The notes under the pieces are model-generated. The model saw only the letters and a program-made list of their open reading frames with translations, was not told the DNA's origin and did not search any database. A stretch of DNA of 64,000 bases, from contig OX597821.1 of assembly GCA_951406725.2 (NCBI GenBank), positions 81,778,001 through 81,842,000 of the forward strand, in the 5' to 3' direction. How positions within the stretch are numbered: position 1 is the first letter of the stretch; each line of letters starts with the position of its first letter. The translations under genes and the position numbers were made by a program. Positions 1-14,439 of the stretch are shown here, piece by piece. Source of the DNA: Octopus vulgaris (Eukaryota).

Positions 1-1829
1 CATTACAACTACATTTTATGAGTTCTTTCTTTTTTCCTTGCTTCACTATATTTTAACTTATATCCACTGTGACATGAATATTCAGATGAGTCAGGTACAA
101 CAAACTTTTCTAAGTTCAACCACACACACACACACACATTCTTTTACTGGTTTCAGTCACTGGACTGCAACAATGCTCGAGCACTGCCTTAAGGGTTTAG
201 TTGATCAAATCAGTTCCAGAGATTACTTTTCGAAGTCTGGTATTTATTCTGTTGGTCGCTTTTGCTGAACCATTAAGTTACAAGAACATAAACAAAACAA
301 CACCAGATGAACAGACAGGTAGATAGATGCAAATACATTGCAACAGTAGCATACACCAATACATCATCAATCTCATTCAACATCCATTTTCCATACTGGC
401 ATGGGTTGGGCAGATTGACAGGGGCTGGCAAGGCCAGGAGCCACACAAGGTTCTACAGTCTATTTTGGCTTGGTTTTGACAGCTAGATGCCCTTCCTGAT
501 GTCAACCACTTTACAGAGTGTACTGGGTGTTTTTTACATGGCACCATTACTAGTGCCCTTCATGGGCAAACATTGCTAAAGCGGTTTCAGAATATTACAG
601 AATAATATAACCTCATGCATATCCCTGGCCAGACAACATATTTTCTCCATTTTGATTATTCAGGGTTTTTACATTTTTTTTTTTTTTGCTAATTTTTACC
701 AATAAAATCTATAACATTTCAGTGTAACTTTGTTTTGAAAGAGTAATTATTTGACTGTTGACAATTTGTATATCCACAGGTATTTCAGAGCTGTGAATAT
801 GCATATTAATCCCCACTCCTCAATGTGTTGGTATGCACACACACACACACAATTATTTTCAATCAATTAGCCCTATTACTATAGGAATGTATTTTGCTTT
901 TGTGTTGTGTGTTGTGTGTTTATGTCACATGTTTCTCTGCAGGAATTGGCAACCAAGTAAAACATGAAAGAGGAAATAATTGAATTAGTATCATAATGTA
1001 ATTATAAAATAAGTAGACTATTTTGAAGAGATCAGCTTATGTTATTGCATTCATAAGGATTCTGTGCGTGTGTGTATATGAAATAAATTGTTTTCAAGAG
1101 TGGAATTCAAAGTAGTTAAGGCTATAAGTCATAATGTTTAAATATGTTAAAAAACCCTCAGATGGAAAAACTTGAAGGCTGCTCATGGGACTTGAACCCA
1201 GTTTCTGCAAACATGACAGATTTTCCACCATTATACCAAAGCAATCCTTCAAAATCCCCCATCTATTTTTGAAACTTTGCTCTCATGACATAAAGAACAC
1301 CCTCACACAAAATCAATTTTACAGGATGCCAACCTTCAATGCTAAAAAGAAAAAAAATGTTGGCAATATAAACAGGAATATTCAAAATTTTGTTTTATTT
1401 CCTTAATCACCAATGAGGCAGACAGTACCTACGTGGATGCATGTTATGTGAAAAGGCTTAAGGAAATGATGTAATGATGCCTTGAGAGAAAGTATTCAGA
1501 TAAAATAAAGCTGTAATTATTTTTTTTCACAAAACTGGAAAAAATTTTTGGTAAATGTCCAATCTAAAGCCATTTCCCAAGTCTTGCTCTCATGCTGATA
1601 TCAAAAAAGGGAATTTAGGCCTTTTATAATATTCCCTTTAACATACAATAAAATGGTATAACACATACATTTAGAAGGTAGTTGTTCTTCTCAGTAACAA
1701 AGTACAATACCATATTGATGAGATGGTAACAGATGTTGAAAAGATGGCAACTTTAAAACTTCAACAGTCTAAGTTTTCTATTCAACTAGTCAATATTTTA
1801 CAAGTTTTAATATGTTCATGTAGGGCAAA

Positions 1830-2210
1830 GCAGCAAGCTGGCAGAAACGTTAGCACGCCGAGCGAAATGCTGAGCAGTATTTCGTCTACTGTTACGTTCT
1901 GAGTTCAAATTCCGCCGAGGTCGATTTTGCCTTTCATCCTTTCAGGGTTGATAAATTAAGTACCAGTTGCGCACTGGGGTCGATATAATCGACTTAATCC
2001 GTTTGTCCTAGTTTGTCCCCTCTGTGTGTAGCCCCTTGTGGGCAGTAAAGAAATAAGAATAGTTAGCATGCCAGGCTAAATGCTTCATCCATCTTTATGT
2101 TCTGAGTTCAAATACCACCACGGTCAACTTTGCCTTTCATGTTTGTGGGGTTGATAAAGTTAAGTCCCAGTTGAGCACTGGGGTCGATGTAATCGACTTA
2201 CCCCTTCTTC
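1830..2210 (+). mobile_element. Tandem pair of tRNA-derived SINE family B
   Basis: gctggcagaaacgttagc...gagttcaaattcc (B box)...gcctttcatcctttcagggttgataaattaagtaccag...gggcagtaaagaaataag, then a second copy; the central motif resembles the Meta/MESC SINE domain as I recall it. Confidence 0.8.
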
Positions 2211-4164
2211 TTAGGTTGCAAGAATTTTCAGTATTTTTCAAACTTGTCGCAACAGGAAGTGGGAGCAGAGGAAAATATTCAGGTAACAACTTAGTCATCA
2301 ATATTTGAAATTTTGTTTTATTTCCTTGATCACTGATGAGGCAAGCAGCACCTTAGTTAGAAACATAACTCTTTGAACCAATGAGTAAGTTTTAGCAGGT
2401 GCAACTTTATTTTATATCCTTGGAAGATGCAAATGGGCAGTTGCATGGTTTTGAGTTTATGGCTGAAAACAATGGTATTTCTGCCAATTAACAAGGATTA
2501 AAGGAAAATTTTTTAATTTGTTAAGCAGATCTTGAAAATATGCATGTTCTTGACTAGATTGTTTCATAATTCTAGGTTGAAATAGAAAAACAGATATAGA
2601 GAAGAATTGATTGAAATGAATGTGAATTTTGAATTATTCAAATATAAACCCTTAAATAATTACTGAAGCAATGAAAATACTGCAAACAATCATACAACAC
2701 TTGGAGCAAATTCTGACATGCTTTAAAATGTTTTTCCAAGTTCCTATATAGTTTGAAATGATGTACAGCCTAAAAATTAAAGTGTTGCACTCGTGATCAT
2801 AAGCTTATGCATTTCAATTCCTAGATGGGGTGGTACATCGTCTCCTTGAGCAAGGCTCTTCATTTTGCATTGATCCACTCTACTTGGCTGAAAATGAGTA
2901 CCAGCTCAGTGCAGATGTTTGTCCTCTCTCCTTCCAGCTGCCACATCCTGGATGTTCTGAGCCCTGAGTAGGAAGGTGAAGAGAATGACTATCTGCTTAT
3001 GACTACATGGCACTTAAAACAATTTGCCAACAAATTACCAAATGAGAGAGAGAGAGAGAGAGATTAACCATTTTGATACCAAAGTGCTTGACGTAGCTCT
3101 TGGTTTTCATGTTATAAGCTTCCGGGTTTTAAAATGATCTAAATTAAAATCTTCCATCAAAATTTCATATTAATTTACTTTTTCAAACACCAGCTTAATC
3201 ACGACAAAGTTATCCTAAAAAATTGTTCATTATTTTTTAAATTAACTGAAACAAAGGCAGTATTTTAAATGAGAATTATAATAAGGTTAATAACATGATC
3301 AATACAGCCCACTTTAGAATAATTCAATCGATAAATTATAAATACTAAGTATCTATGTCAGACCATTGAGGTTGGATTGGCATTTTTTGTTTTATTAACC
3401 AGTTGAGAGGAAGATGTTCAGCTTTATTATTACAAAACTTTTGTTTAATTATCTTTAATGAGAAGTGAATAAAGTCATTAAGTAATTATTTTATAACTGA
3501 AAACTAGCCAAAGTATTTCAAAAGTAAAATATTGCTGCAATAAAATTTATTTTAAAAGTATTTTGACGATCACAGTCGCAGCTCTGAAAATATTTCTACT
3601 TTCGTGTAGGACTAGGCTGGTGACTTTATATAATTCACAGTCTAAATCGGGTGGACATTGTCTGTAGTCTACCGAGAAGGTAAAGGTAAAATTGAATTCA
3701 GAACATTGAGAGCGGAAACAAATACTACAAGGCTTTCTATTTGATGCTCTAACTTAGGTTGTCACCTCAATAATACAGCATCCCAAGTGCATCACATCTC
3801 AATCCCTCTCTCATTCTCTCAAGCACAGAAAGGAATATAAATAACAGCAGCAGCAAATTATGAAAATCAAAAATTCAAAGAACAATTCTTTAAAAAAGTT
3901 AATTTTCTGTTTATGCAAATTCCCTCTTCATTCTAATTTCGTCTATTAATACCTGTTTAATTCTTCTAACAAATAAACGAGAGCAGGAATGGTTGTTTGG
4001 TTAAGAATTCCACTTAGCAATCAATCTGGTTCTGGTTTTGAGCCCACTGCAAGACATTTGAGGCTACCACAGCCTTGGGTTCACCAAAGCCAGGTTAGTG
4101 AAATGTGAAAATGCACAGAATATTTGTAGAAGCCATTCAGACATACGTGTGATCAAAGATTTAT

Positions 4165-4440
4165 GACTTCCATTGGTAACAAAAGGCCTGTCTTTTAGAG
4201 GGAAAAGCAGACTGTTTGATGCTTGTGCACAAAAAGCAATGCTGCAGGGTAGTGAAATGTGGGAGATGAATGCAAAGGACATGTGAAGACTAGAAAGAAA
4301 TGAAGCTAAAGCATGATCTGTTTGCTGTGCATGAATAAGGAAGTTCAAATGTTTTGCAGGGAAAGAAACTGCACACAAAAGGTATCAGATGTTGTACGCA
4401 AGAGAGAAGACTGCACTGGTATGGTCATGTGATGTGAACG
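4165..4440 (+). pseudogene. Decayed RTE-clade LINE ORF C-terminal fragment
   Basis: Translates LVTKGLSFRGKSRLFDACAQKAMLQGSEMW...RLERNEA...QERRLHWYGHVM with stops/frameshifts, matching RTE motifs (LYGSETW, RLRWYGHV). Confidence 0.75.
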
Positions 4441-4522
4441 CACAATTCTCGGAAAGAAAAAATTAGTGGATGGTCATAGCTGGAACAGCTTTGATATCAG
4501 TAATACAGCTTGTGACTCTTAC

Positions 4523-4555
4523 CGTGAGAGATGGCAGTGGTCGGCTTGTTGAAAA
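4523..4555 (-). CDS. Candidate 33-nt microexon
   Basis: Minus: ctctaacgggctagtcattggctccag|TTTTCAACAAGCCGACCACTGCCATCTCTCACG|gtaaga. CTAAC branch-point motif, CG|GTAAG donor, frame-preserving, CpG-containing unique sequence in a CpG-poor area; weak pyrimidine tract. Confidence 0.35.
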
Positions 4556-4885
4556 CTGGAGCCAATGACTAGCCCGTTAGAGGCTTATTAACAATGACAC
4601 TATTGTTCATCAATTGAAACACACACTTTACAATGAAATTTTCTTTCTACATAACAGGCAAAATACAGAATATCACTTCATTGTAAATTTGCTTAAATAA
4701 ATACTGTTACAGAATATATCTTTAAAACTGAGCCAGGTGGCAGAGCAAATTTTATAGTGGTAAGTGATGAAATTATATTCATGACCAAAATTGATCAACC
4801 ACCAATACAGACAATACATACTTTAGCATACTGAAATATATAGATGCGTATCAGTAAAACATATACCACAGTGACATAACATTGG

Positions 4886-5285
4886 TATACTCTTTACTCT
4901 TTTACTTGTTTCAGTCATGTGACTGTGGCCATAATGGAGCACCGGCTTTAGTCGAGCAAATCGACCCCGGGGCTTATTCTTTGTAAGCCTAGTATTTATT
5001 CTATCAGTCTCTTTTGCCGAACTGCTAAGTTATGAGGATGTAAACACACCAGCATCGGTTGTCAAGTGATGTTGGGGGGACAAACACAGATACACAAACA
5101 TACATATATATATATATATATACATATGACGGGCTTCTTTCAGTTTCCATCTACCAAATCCACTCACAAGGCTTTGGTCGGCCTGAAGCTATAGTAGAAG
5201 ACACGCACCCAAGGTGCCACACAGTGTGTCTGAACCTGGAACCATCTGGTTTGTAAGCAAGCTACTTACCACACAGCCACTCCTA
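4886..5285 (-). mobile_element. SINE family A, near full-length
   Basis: Reverse complement of the 57921-58311 element; a more decayed copy follows at ~5320-5690. Confidence 0.85.
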
Positions 5286-6385
5286 CTGATCCAATTCCTC
5301 ACAATGTATTAGTGTTTCATCTTTTGACTTGTTTCAGTTATTGGGGTGTGATTATACTGAGGACTAAATTCTTGAAGGGTTTAGCTGAATGAACTGACAC
5401 CAGAACGTAGTTATTTCTAAGTCTGGTACTTACTCTACTGGTCATTTTTTGCCAAACCACTGTTACGATGACATAAACCAACACCATTTGTCAAGCGAAG
5501 AGGAGGAGGAGATAAGCAGAGACACACACATGATGTGTTTCCACACAGTTCTCATCAACCAAATCCACTCACAAGACACTGGTCGGCTTGAGGCTATGAT
5601 AGAAGGGACTTGCCCAAGGTGTCATGCAGTGAGACTGAACTTAAACCCATGTGGTTGCAAAGCAAGCTTTTTAACCACACGGTCAAGCTTACCTAATTTT
5701 TATCAACTCTATAGGAGTCCCAGAAACATTTCTGAAAATACTGAATATGTAAGACAAGATGGTCATGGCTGGAATAACTTTGACCATAGTTCTACTCATT
5801 AAAGGCGCCACAGCTACTGCAACAACAACTCTATTTGCCTTTGATTATATGGATGACAGACAATTTCCATGCCTACTTCACAGCTGAGTAGTTAACCATT
5901 GGAAAAGCATTCAGCTGTAACACTAATTATACAAATTATATATTCACAAATTATTGAATTTTCAAAAGTAATTAATTATATAAGAATGAAAAAGTAAAAC
6001 AAACAAAAATACGCATACATTGCCAGCTGCTGAAAATAATCTATTTTGAAGTAGACATTAAATAAATATGGTGATTAAAACAGTAACAAACTTAGGAGTT
6101 TGATTTATAATTAACAACCAGATCTAACGAGGAATTATAACACTAGGAGAGTGTCGTGAATTTTGAAAGAAGGAGGAGGGTGAACCAAAGCCTTGAGAGA
6201 GGATATGACAGAGAGAAATTGAAAGGAGTCTGTCATGTACATATGTATATGTAAATGTGTGTGTGTTGTTTTTTCCATCCAAGGGTTGTTTTTCAACCTA
6301 ATATTTACAAGCTATTATTTATAGTTCTATCTACTTCAAGTTTCATAGTTCAAAAACGATTTATTGTATGTATGTGTACGTGTGA

Positions 6386-6417
<32 letters not shown>

Positions 6418-6419
<2 letters not shown>

Positions 6420-7255
6420 TCATCATCATCATCATTTAACGTCCGCTTTCCATGCTAGCATGGGTTGGACGGTTCAACTGGGGTCTGGGGAGCCCGAAAG
6501 CTGCACCAGTCCAGTCAGATCTGGCAGTGTTTCTACAGCTGGATGCCCTTCCTAACGCCAACCACTCCGAGAGTGTAGTGGGTGATTTTATGTGCCACCG
6601 ACACAGGTGCCAGACGAGGCTGGCAAACGGCCACGCTCGGATGGTGTTTTTTATGTGCCACCGACACAGGTGCCAGACGAGGCTGGCAGACGGCCACGCT
6701 CGGATGGTGTTTTTATGTGCCACCGACACAGGTGCCAGATGAGGCTGGCAAACGGCCACAATCGGATGGTGTTTGTTACGTGCCCACAGCACGGAGGCCA
6801 GTCGATGCGGTACTGGCTACGGCCACGTTCGGATGGTTTTCTTGTGTGCCACGTGCCACCGGCACTGGTACCACAAAGATACAAATTCCATTGATGTTCA
6901 TCTATTTTGATTTGTTTTGATTTGATTTGATTTTCACTTGCCTCAACAGGTCTTCACAAGTGTCACAAGAAGGAAGGTATGCACAGGTGGACTGACTACG
7001 TCCCAGGTAGGGACCACAGGTTATGGCCTGACTAGTCTTGCCGGGTCTTCGGATGGTGTTTTTATGTGCCACCGACACAGGTGCCAGATGAGGCTGGCGA
7101 ACGGCCACGATCGGATGGTGTTTGTTACGTGCCCACAGCACGGAGGCCAGTCGGTGCGGTACTGGCTACGGCCACGTTCGGATGGTTTTCTTGTGTGCCA
7201 CCGGCACTGGTACCACAAGATACAATTCCATTAATGTTCATCTATTTTGATTTAT
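6418..7255 (-). mobile_element. 5'-truncated RTE-type retroelement 3' region with internal tandem repeats and (GAT)n tail
   Basis: (CAT)n-ttaacgtccgctttccatgctagcatggg...ggatgcccttcctaacgccaacc tail also seen at ~365-560, ~10820-10995, ~16240-16505, 48108-48265, 48680-48808 and 59070-59220; flanked by TA runs. Confidence 0.7.
6584..7253. repeat. ~61-bp tandem units plus a ~205-bp block duplication
   Basis: Unit cggatggtgtttttatgtgccaccgacacaggtgccaga(c/t)gaggctggcaaacggccac repeats; 6701-6913 recurs at ~7049-7253. Confidence 0.9.
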
Positions 7256-8318
7256 ATATGTTTGTGCTTCCTTGTCTTGACATTGCAAGATAGTTGTAAA
7301 TGTCTATCACTCATTTCCAATATTCTTCAACATGTCTGGTCATGGGGAAATATTACTTTACTTGGAAACAGGTTAGGGTTGGCAACAGAAAGGGCATCCA
7401 GCTATGGTAAGTCTGCCTCAAATTCTGTATGACCCATTCAAGCATCAAAAAGTGGACATCAAAACAATGTTGATGAATGATAAATGTAGTTGATTTGAGC
7501 AACACCAGTATATAACTGTTTTAACTGTTTACTTATGTTATCATCATTAGAAGAATGAAAGGAAAATACAATTCTGGTAGAATTTGAACTCAAAAATAAG
7601 GCAACCTAAGTGCAGGGTATTTTTTATGTGGTACAACTGATTCTATTAACCATCTTCAACCAAATTTAATAATGCCAAGTGCACTTTAAAGGATTGGTTT
7701 ACTTTCTAAGATATTCCATCCATAACTGAAGCACTGAAATAGAAGTTGGAGCTAAAGAAAATATTTGGTGAGAAAATTATCTGCTTGATCCCAGGACTGA
7801 CCTGCTACTGAACAACACAGAATTCTGAAAAAACTATAAATATATCCTATCCTGTCATCACAGACAGTGCTGAAGGAACAGCTAAGGTACTAAAATCAGG
7901 ACTCAGAAGGTCAAAAAAGGGAACACACAAGGATGTTTTGGTAAAGGACCCAAACATAAGTAATGCAAAACAAGTTATGAAAATAAGAGTGAGCAGATTA
8001 AAGCAAAGGGAGTGTTCCTGGCTGTGTGGTTAAGAAGTTTGCTTCACAATCATCATGTTCTTGGTTCAATCCCATTGCATTGCATATTGGGTATTTTTTT
8101 TTACCACAGATTTGGAGACGACCCAAGATATATGAATAAACTGTGTGCATTGGGTAGATTTTATTCAACTAAATCCTTGAAGGGTTAAGAATAAAATTCT
8201 TATATATATATAAGAGTGACCCAAGATATATGAATGGAATTATTTTTACTGGATAGATTTTATTGTTGGGGGTTGACAGAATCTGTTGCTTGGTTTATTG
8301 CCACAACTTGATGCTTAC

Positions 8319-8342
8319 CAGGACTCAGATTGAGCTTCTGCT
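8319..8342 (-). CDS. Candidate 24-nt microexon
   Basis: Minus: ggtttttaactcag|AGCAGAAGCTCAATCTGAGTCCTG|gtaagc. Strong donor, moderate acceptor, frame-preserving; open in phases 1 and 2, stop in phase 0. Confidence 0.3.
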
Positions 8343-11300
8343 CTGAGTTAAAAACCAGATCTCACATACGCAGTAACATATGAGTCATGGTCTTTGTTAC
8401 CTTTTCCTCCCACCAGTTTCAAAGGCCTCTGCAAAGGTCATAGAGGCTGCCCTTCTGCTTCTGACAAAGCCATTAAAATAATAAAATGTTTAATAATACA
8501 ACTGGGTTGGTTTGGTAAATTAGAAAACCATAGAAGTAATAGAAGTGACCATTCATACTGTTCTGTTTGCCTTGGTTAAACATGTCAATTAATGCAACCA
8601 GTGATATGTTTAATGGTTGAGGGGGGGGAAGATGGGAATGGAAAAGTAAGTTAATCAGCAGTGAATCTACCTGTAGCAATAGTCATATGCACAATTGCAG
8701 AACTCTTCAAGTAATGCTGCAATAGAAGGGAAAACAAACACAAATAAATGTAACAATAGTTGTTGCATTTGAATGACAATGTATTTTGATGCTGTGATTC
8801 ATGGGAAGATTTATCGATATTTTAGTCCTGAAGAGGAGAGAAAGAGAATAGAAGTTAGAGAGAGAGTGGAGGAGCAAGAGTAAGATACAGATAAACTGGC
8901 TGCAGGTTCAGATAAACTGGCTGTTGGTTGGTTACACAGCATGTCATAGGTTTAGGGGTAATGTGTTGAGCAGAAAAAAAACATCCAAGTTGAATATGAG
9001 AGAAGAGGATGGAGAGGAAGAGAGAATGTGGAGAGGTAGGAGGGAGCGAGAAAGTGTATTTCGGTGAATTGAGAGATAGATAGAAGGACAAACAGAAGAG
9101 GGAGTACCTACATATGCAAAAGCATATATACACAAATATGAGCAGGTATAACTGTATGTTTGAGCATGAGTATGCATCTGTATGAATGCACATTCGTGTG
9201 CAGATGAAAATATGGGAATGCATTACAAGGTCAAAGAGGTGCTATGCATTTAGAAGGGTCATGGTTTTCCTTAGCCATCTTTAAACCAGTACAAAACATT
9301 TTAAACATGTTTTTAAAAAATTGCTGTCAAGAATAGAATATGAGACAAACATTGTCTCATCTTTGAAGCAAGCAGGAATACGACTGATGATGCACCAAGG
9401 TCCAATATAATTTCACTGAATGATTCCTTATCTTCTTTAGTATTTTCCTAAATAATTTAACAAAGGGGACACTAGTTCACACAAATATCTATAAAAATAA
9501 AAGGCACATGAGTGAGAAGGGTAGTAGAAGAAAATATGGATAATAGACTAATAAGCCACTTTTTTTAATTAAGACTGGTTTTTTGCTTTGTTTGTTGGTG
9601 CTGGTGGTGGGATAAACTATAGAAAGGGGGCATTTTTAAAACCATTCAATGAAAGGGGTCACTGAGCTACAAAAGGTTGAGAGGCACTGAGCTAGAGCAA
9701 ATAAAATTGTTAATTACTTGAATACTTTAAATACTTTAATCATATAAGGGAAAGGAAAGATTGTTTAATAAAGAAATGATATCTAGTGACACTGATGATG
9801 ATAATATTAAAAATAATTCCATTGATGACATAATATGCAAAAAATACGAATGTTATTCCCACTTCAGAAACAAAAAAAAACAATAAAACTATTAATAGTA
9901 AAGGCTAAAAAAAAAGAGGGAAGAAAAAAACTTCCCGAGTCACTCCTTAGCACAAGTAACATCAAATAATGAAGTTGGTTATTTTTCTCTTCTACAAACA
10001 TTTGTCATTTGAGGTTTTATTTACATAATCATATTTCACTGAATCAAGGTGGCAGTGAGGTTAATATGTTGTCGTGATTTCAAACTTTGCTGTGGCCAAA
10101 GTATTTTTTCTATTTGTGTCTCAGAGCAAAGGGCATTATCATATTTGTTTTATCCTACCGAGTCAGGAAAAACAGATAACACTTCCATCTTAAAAAAGAA
10201 TGGCTTGCAACAAGAAAACAATTAATGGTAAATTACTTTATCTAACAAGAAACAGTAAATTCAAGCTTGAATAACTGTTATCTATTGTTTCGTCTAAATC
10301 CCACAGAGGCAAACATTACCTTTCATTCTAGGGTTGATAAAATAAAGTATCAGTGAGGGCAATGGACTGGTACTCTATTTTCTTGAATTGTTAGAGTGCC
10401 ACACAAAATGCTTTGCAGTAATTATTCTGAACTCTTTCCATTCCGAGTGCCTAGACAAGTATGGCAAACTTATTAAAAAAATTTTTTTTTAAGTACCCAA
10501 AGTATGCCAATGGAGAAAACCACTTTAGTATTCTTCCATGAAAATTCCATAACAAGCACGCAGAGCTTGCTAAGGAAGCCACCTGAGGTCATTTGCAACC
10601 TGATGATGCAAAAACGAATTTGCATTGATTGTGTTCAGATGGTTTATTCCTATATGTTCATATGACCCTAGACCTGATTCAAATTTGGAACCTTTTTTGG
10701 AATTAAATATTAAAGGATAAAATTGTTCTTATCCATTACAAAGTTAATACTCTGAAAAACTAGTCTTATTCTTTCAAATTGTCAGAAATGTCAACTTCAT
10801 CTTTTCCACTTGTAATATCAACATCTTCATTTAATACTTGTTTCCCATGCTGGCATGGGTTGGACAGTTTGACAGGAGATGGCAAAACCAGGAGCCTCAC
10901 CAGGTTCCATAGTCATTTTTGGCATGGTTTCCAAAGCTGGATGCCCTTCCTTTATGGAGTGTATTGGATGCTTTTTACATGGCACCAGCACCAGTTCGAA
11001 GCATATAAAATCAATTCAAACAGTTGCTCACCTTGGAAAACTGGTTTCACACAAAGTGAAACATTTCTTACTTAAAATTCAAACAATATTTCTCAGTATA
11101 TTGACAACTCAGATTTGTTCTTCCTATAGAAAAGGTAAGCTAACTGGAAAGCAAATGTATTGCTGACTTTCGAAGGAGAGATAGACATACTTGTTTAGAC
11201 ATGAAGTGTAAATGAATATAGTGTAAGAGAATGGATAGAAAGATCAGATGGTGGAGAATACCGATTATAGATATGGAAACCAAGGAAAACTTAGGTAAGA

Positions 11301-12759
11301 AGTAGGTAAGACAGAGCTGAAAGCATTGGACCTCACAGGTAAGAAAACAATCCCAACCAGTGATAAGATTGAGGTATTGTAAACCATCCACCAAATCAGC
11401 AATGGAAATGAACATAATACAAGTGATGGCAACAATAACACATACTTATTAAAGGAGCCTCTACATGGTCATTTGACCTGTTAGAAATAGCAGCCAAATC
11501 TTCAGATCACACCCTAACGCCTTAAAAAAGGACTTGAAGTCTGGGTCCTCTGCACATAGGTAAAAGTTGGAACTTTGATCATAAGTCAGTCAAGGTTAAC
11601 CTGGGGCTAAACAACAACAATTAATCTACACCAATTGTCTTGATTTGACTAAGGAGTAAAAGTGATACTGAAGAGATATCTGTAATACACAGCCAATTAC
11701 AAGACATAAGACATCAGTCAGAAACCACTCAGAACTTGTAATAGACTTTAATAGGAAGAAAAAACAAAAATAACAACTTGCAGAAAGTAACCCAGTTTGT
11801 AGTGATCAATCTAAAATAGTTTCACTGTGTGAAAACCTGTCTGTGACTTGGGACAGCTTAATTCAACACCTGATCAAAGCAGAAAATACCTGAGCCAAGT
11901 CACACACACACACACACAAAAAAAAACAGGTGGGCAGAAAGATTGTGGGGGTAACAGAAAAAATGTTTTCTTTGTTAGTTGGAATCTCAGTTTACAAATT
12001 TAATTTTTTCCTGAAACTGAAACTATTTTTCCCCATAGGAAATTCAAGAGGAAGCATTTGAGCGGAATGTGCACTGAGCAAAAGTAAGATATTGACTGAG
12101 GCTCTCCAGCTGATATTCCTAGTTTGTCGCCATCTGTTGTTACCAGTTTACATGTTCACTACTTGAGACTGTTCATCACCAAAATCACTTTTTATATTTG
12201 AAAAATTGTTTGTAAACTGATTAATATGAGACGTTTATCAACAGACTCCACTACGTGGTAACTGCTATTTTGTTTTCAAGAGACAGATGTAATAATCATA
12301 TTTCTCTGATATAGCAGATACTTTGGACATATAATGAATATATGCCTGCTACACATATATACACACACACAAAGCTCACCACTTCCTCAAAGATTTTACA
12401 AGCGAATAGTGGAGGGGGGGTCGTTCTCTAAGAATATTTTAATTTTTTTTTTTTTACTTACTTATTGAAACATAAAACCTTATACATATCCTCTGATATT
12501 GTACCTTTGGGTAGGAGGGAAGCATTTTACTGTGACAGATACATTTTGAATGCAAAGAAGGGTCAGCATTTTGGGTCACAAGCTGTCAAATCCCCATGTC
12601 AGATAGAACTGAAAAAAGGAAGTCAGTTGGGAAAACTGCAGACAAGTACAAAAAGGTTAAAACTTTGAAACAAATTTATAAAAAAGATCTCTTTGCAATA
12701 ACAAAACTATTCTAGAATACAGAACACTTTCTCACAACAGAGGGACTACAACATTTAAC

Positions 12760-13150
12760 GTATCTTTTACTTGATTCAGTCCTTGGAATATGGCCATGAT
12801 GGGGTACCATCTTGAAGGGTTTTAGTCAAAGAAACTGATCCCAGGATTTCTTACTTCCTTTTTTGTAAAAAAAATCTAGTAATTATTTTATCAGTCTCTT
12901 TTGCTGAACTGCTAGATTTCAGGGATGAAAGCAAATTAACTCCAGTTGCCAAATGGTAGCGGATGGGGACAGACACAAACACACACATGCACAGTTATAT
13001 ATACAAGTTTTTTTTCAGTTTCCATCTCCCAAATCTACTCACAAGACTTTGGTCAACCTGAAGCTTTAGTAAAAGACACCCAAAGCACCATGCAATAGGA
13101 CTGAACTTGAAACTATATATTTACAAAGCAAATTTCTTACCACACAACCA
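12760..13150 (-). mobile_element. SINE family A, decayed
   Basis: Collinear with the 4886-5285 copy with many substitutions. Confidence 0.7.
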
Positions 13151-13199
13151 AAAAAATAAAAAATAAAAACAATAAAAAGCAGTGTCTTATTGCAAACAT

Positions 13200-13470
13200 T
13201 CATTCGATAACCCCTACAACCACTAACCCATCAATGTATTACATCCACCCTAACTCTTCTAACACCATTGTAACAAACAGATCCTGCTTCTCAAGAACTG
13301 GTATGCTATGCAGCACTCTCACACCCAAGCCTATCTTTCCTTTTACCAGACCAAACTGCCTTGTTCTCTGAATCCTGTACCAAAATCTTTGCCCAATCAT
13401 ATTTCCCTGTAGCTTCATCCTTCTAACAACTCCTTCCAGCCCACATTTTCTTTGTTAGATATCAATCTAC
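13200..13470 (-). pseudogene. Highly decayed LINE reverse-transcriptase fragment
   Basis: Minus strand shows remnants QFGLVKGK and LFVTMVLEE...YIDGLVVV resembling QFGF/LLFIIV/YADDLVL motifs. Confidence 0.4.
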
Positions 13471-14439
13471 AGAAACACAAGTTGAATGTAGCATAAACTG
13501 TTTTGGCCTCAGCAGTTTGAAAGAACACTTTCACTAAGCAAAGAGAAAAAACATTTTAATTCTAAAGCTATTTTAGAGGCAATGCAGCTAGATAACTTTT
13601 CACAAATCAATAAGACTAAGCTGATTCTTAAACATGGTAACTTATATATCCACCAAAATGATTAGAAAGGGAGTCATTGCAAAGTAAATTAGCTACCAAG
13701 AGCCAATAAAAGAGTTTTTATGTGGTTGCTCTCACTGCTAGAAACCAGCCATAACAAATCCAACTATTCTACCTAGTGTACGTTCAAACCAGCCACATCT
13801 ATGAGTGATATGCGGAAGATTTGGTTGCTATTTTGAGCAGGCTGATCAACTCCTTTGAAGCTTCTGTAAAATATCTACAGTTTAAACAAACAGCAAGAAT
13901 GATTGATGGAAAATCTGGAGAGAATGAATGAGAGCGAACAGTAAAGTTAATGAGAATTGGGAGCTGGTCAATAAAAGAGAAGGTAATTTCAGTGTCATAA
14001 TAAAAGCAGATACAACAGAGGTTTCTGAAATGAGATGAAGCTAATTTTAGAGAAGTAATTGTCAGAAATCAGACAATGTAGAAAATGGGAAAATATATAG
14101 ACTGGGCAACAGAGGAAACATATTATGCACTTAAATACCCGAATACACATGCACTCAGACACAAACAGTACATATTTTCCAGACAATGGTTGTGACACCT
14201 ATTGATAGAGAGAGACAGAGTTGTCAGACAAAATGACTTGCAGTATTTAGTTACAGTGTGTTTTATGCACTGAGTGTGAAGCTCCTGCTGCGCCTTTTAT
14301 CTTTCTGTGGTCAGTGAAGTAATCTGATGTACTGTGTTGACCTAGATTCTATAATGCATCATGAGATGTCTAAAGAAATATACATACAAACACATATGTA
14401 TATATCACAGTATTGGCCACTCCATCAGATGTTGTTATA

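Noticed and set aside
1175-1245. tRNA-like A/B boxes on the minus strand
   Set aside because: No complete cloverleaf; treated as a SINE head or pseudogene, as are all other tRNA-like heads in the window.
2325-2372. CTGATGA...GAAAC hammerhead-like spacing (also CTGATGA at ~10600, ~16695(-), ~48172)
   Set aside because: Stem II does not abut GAAA and there is no stem I/III pairing; the related copy at ~1405 lacks the core.
6436-7293. Cluster of overlapping ORFs and CRISPR-like periodicity
   Set aside because: Units are directly tandem with no unique spacers, there are no cas genes and the context is eukaryotic; the ORFs are GC-rich repeat translations open in several frames.
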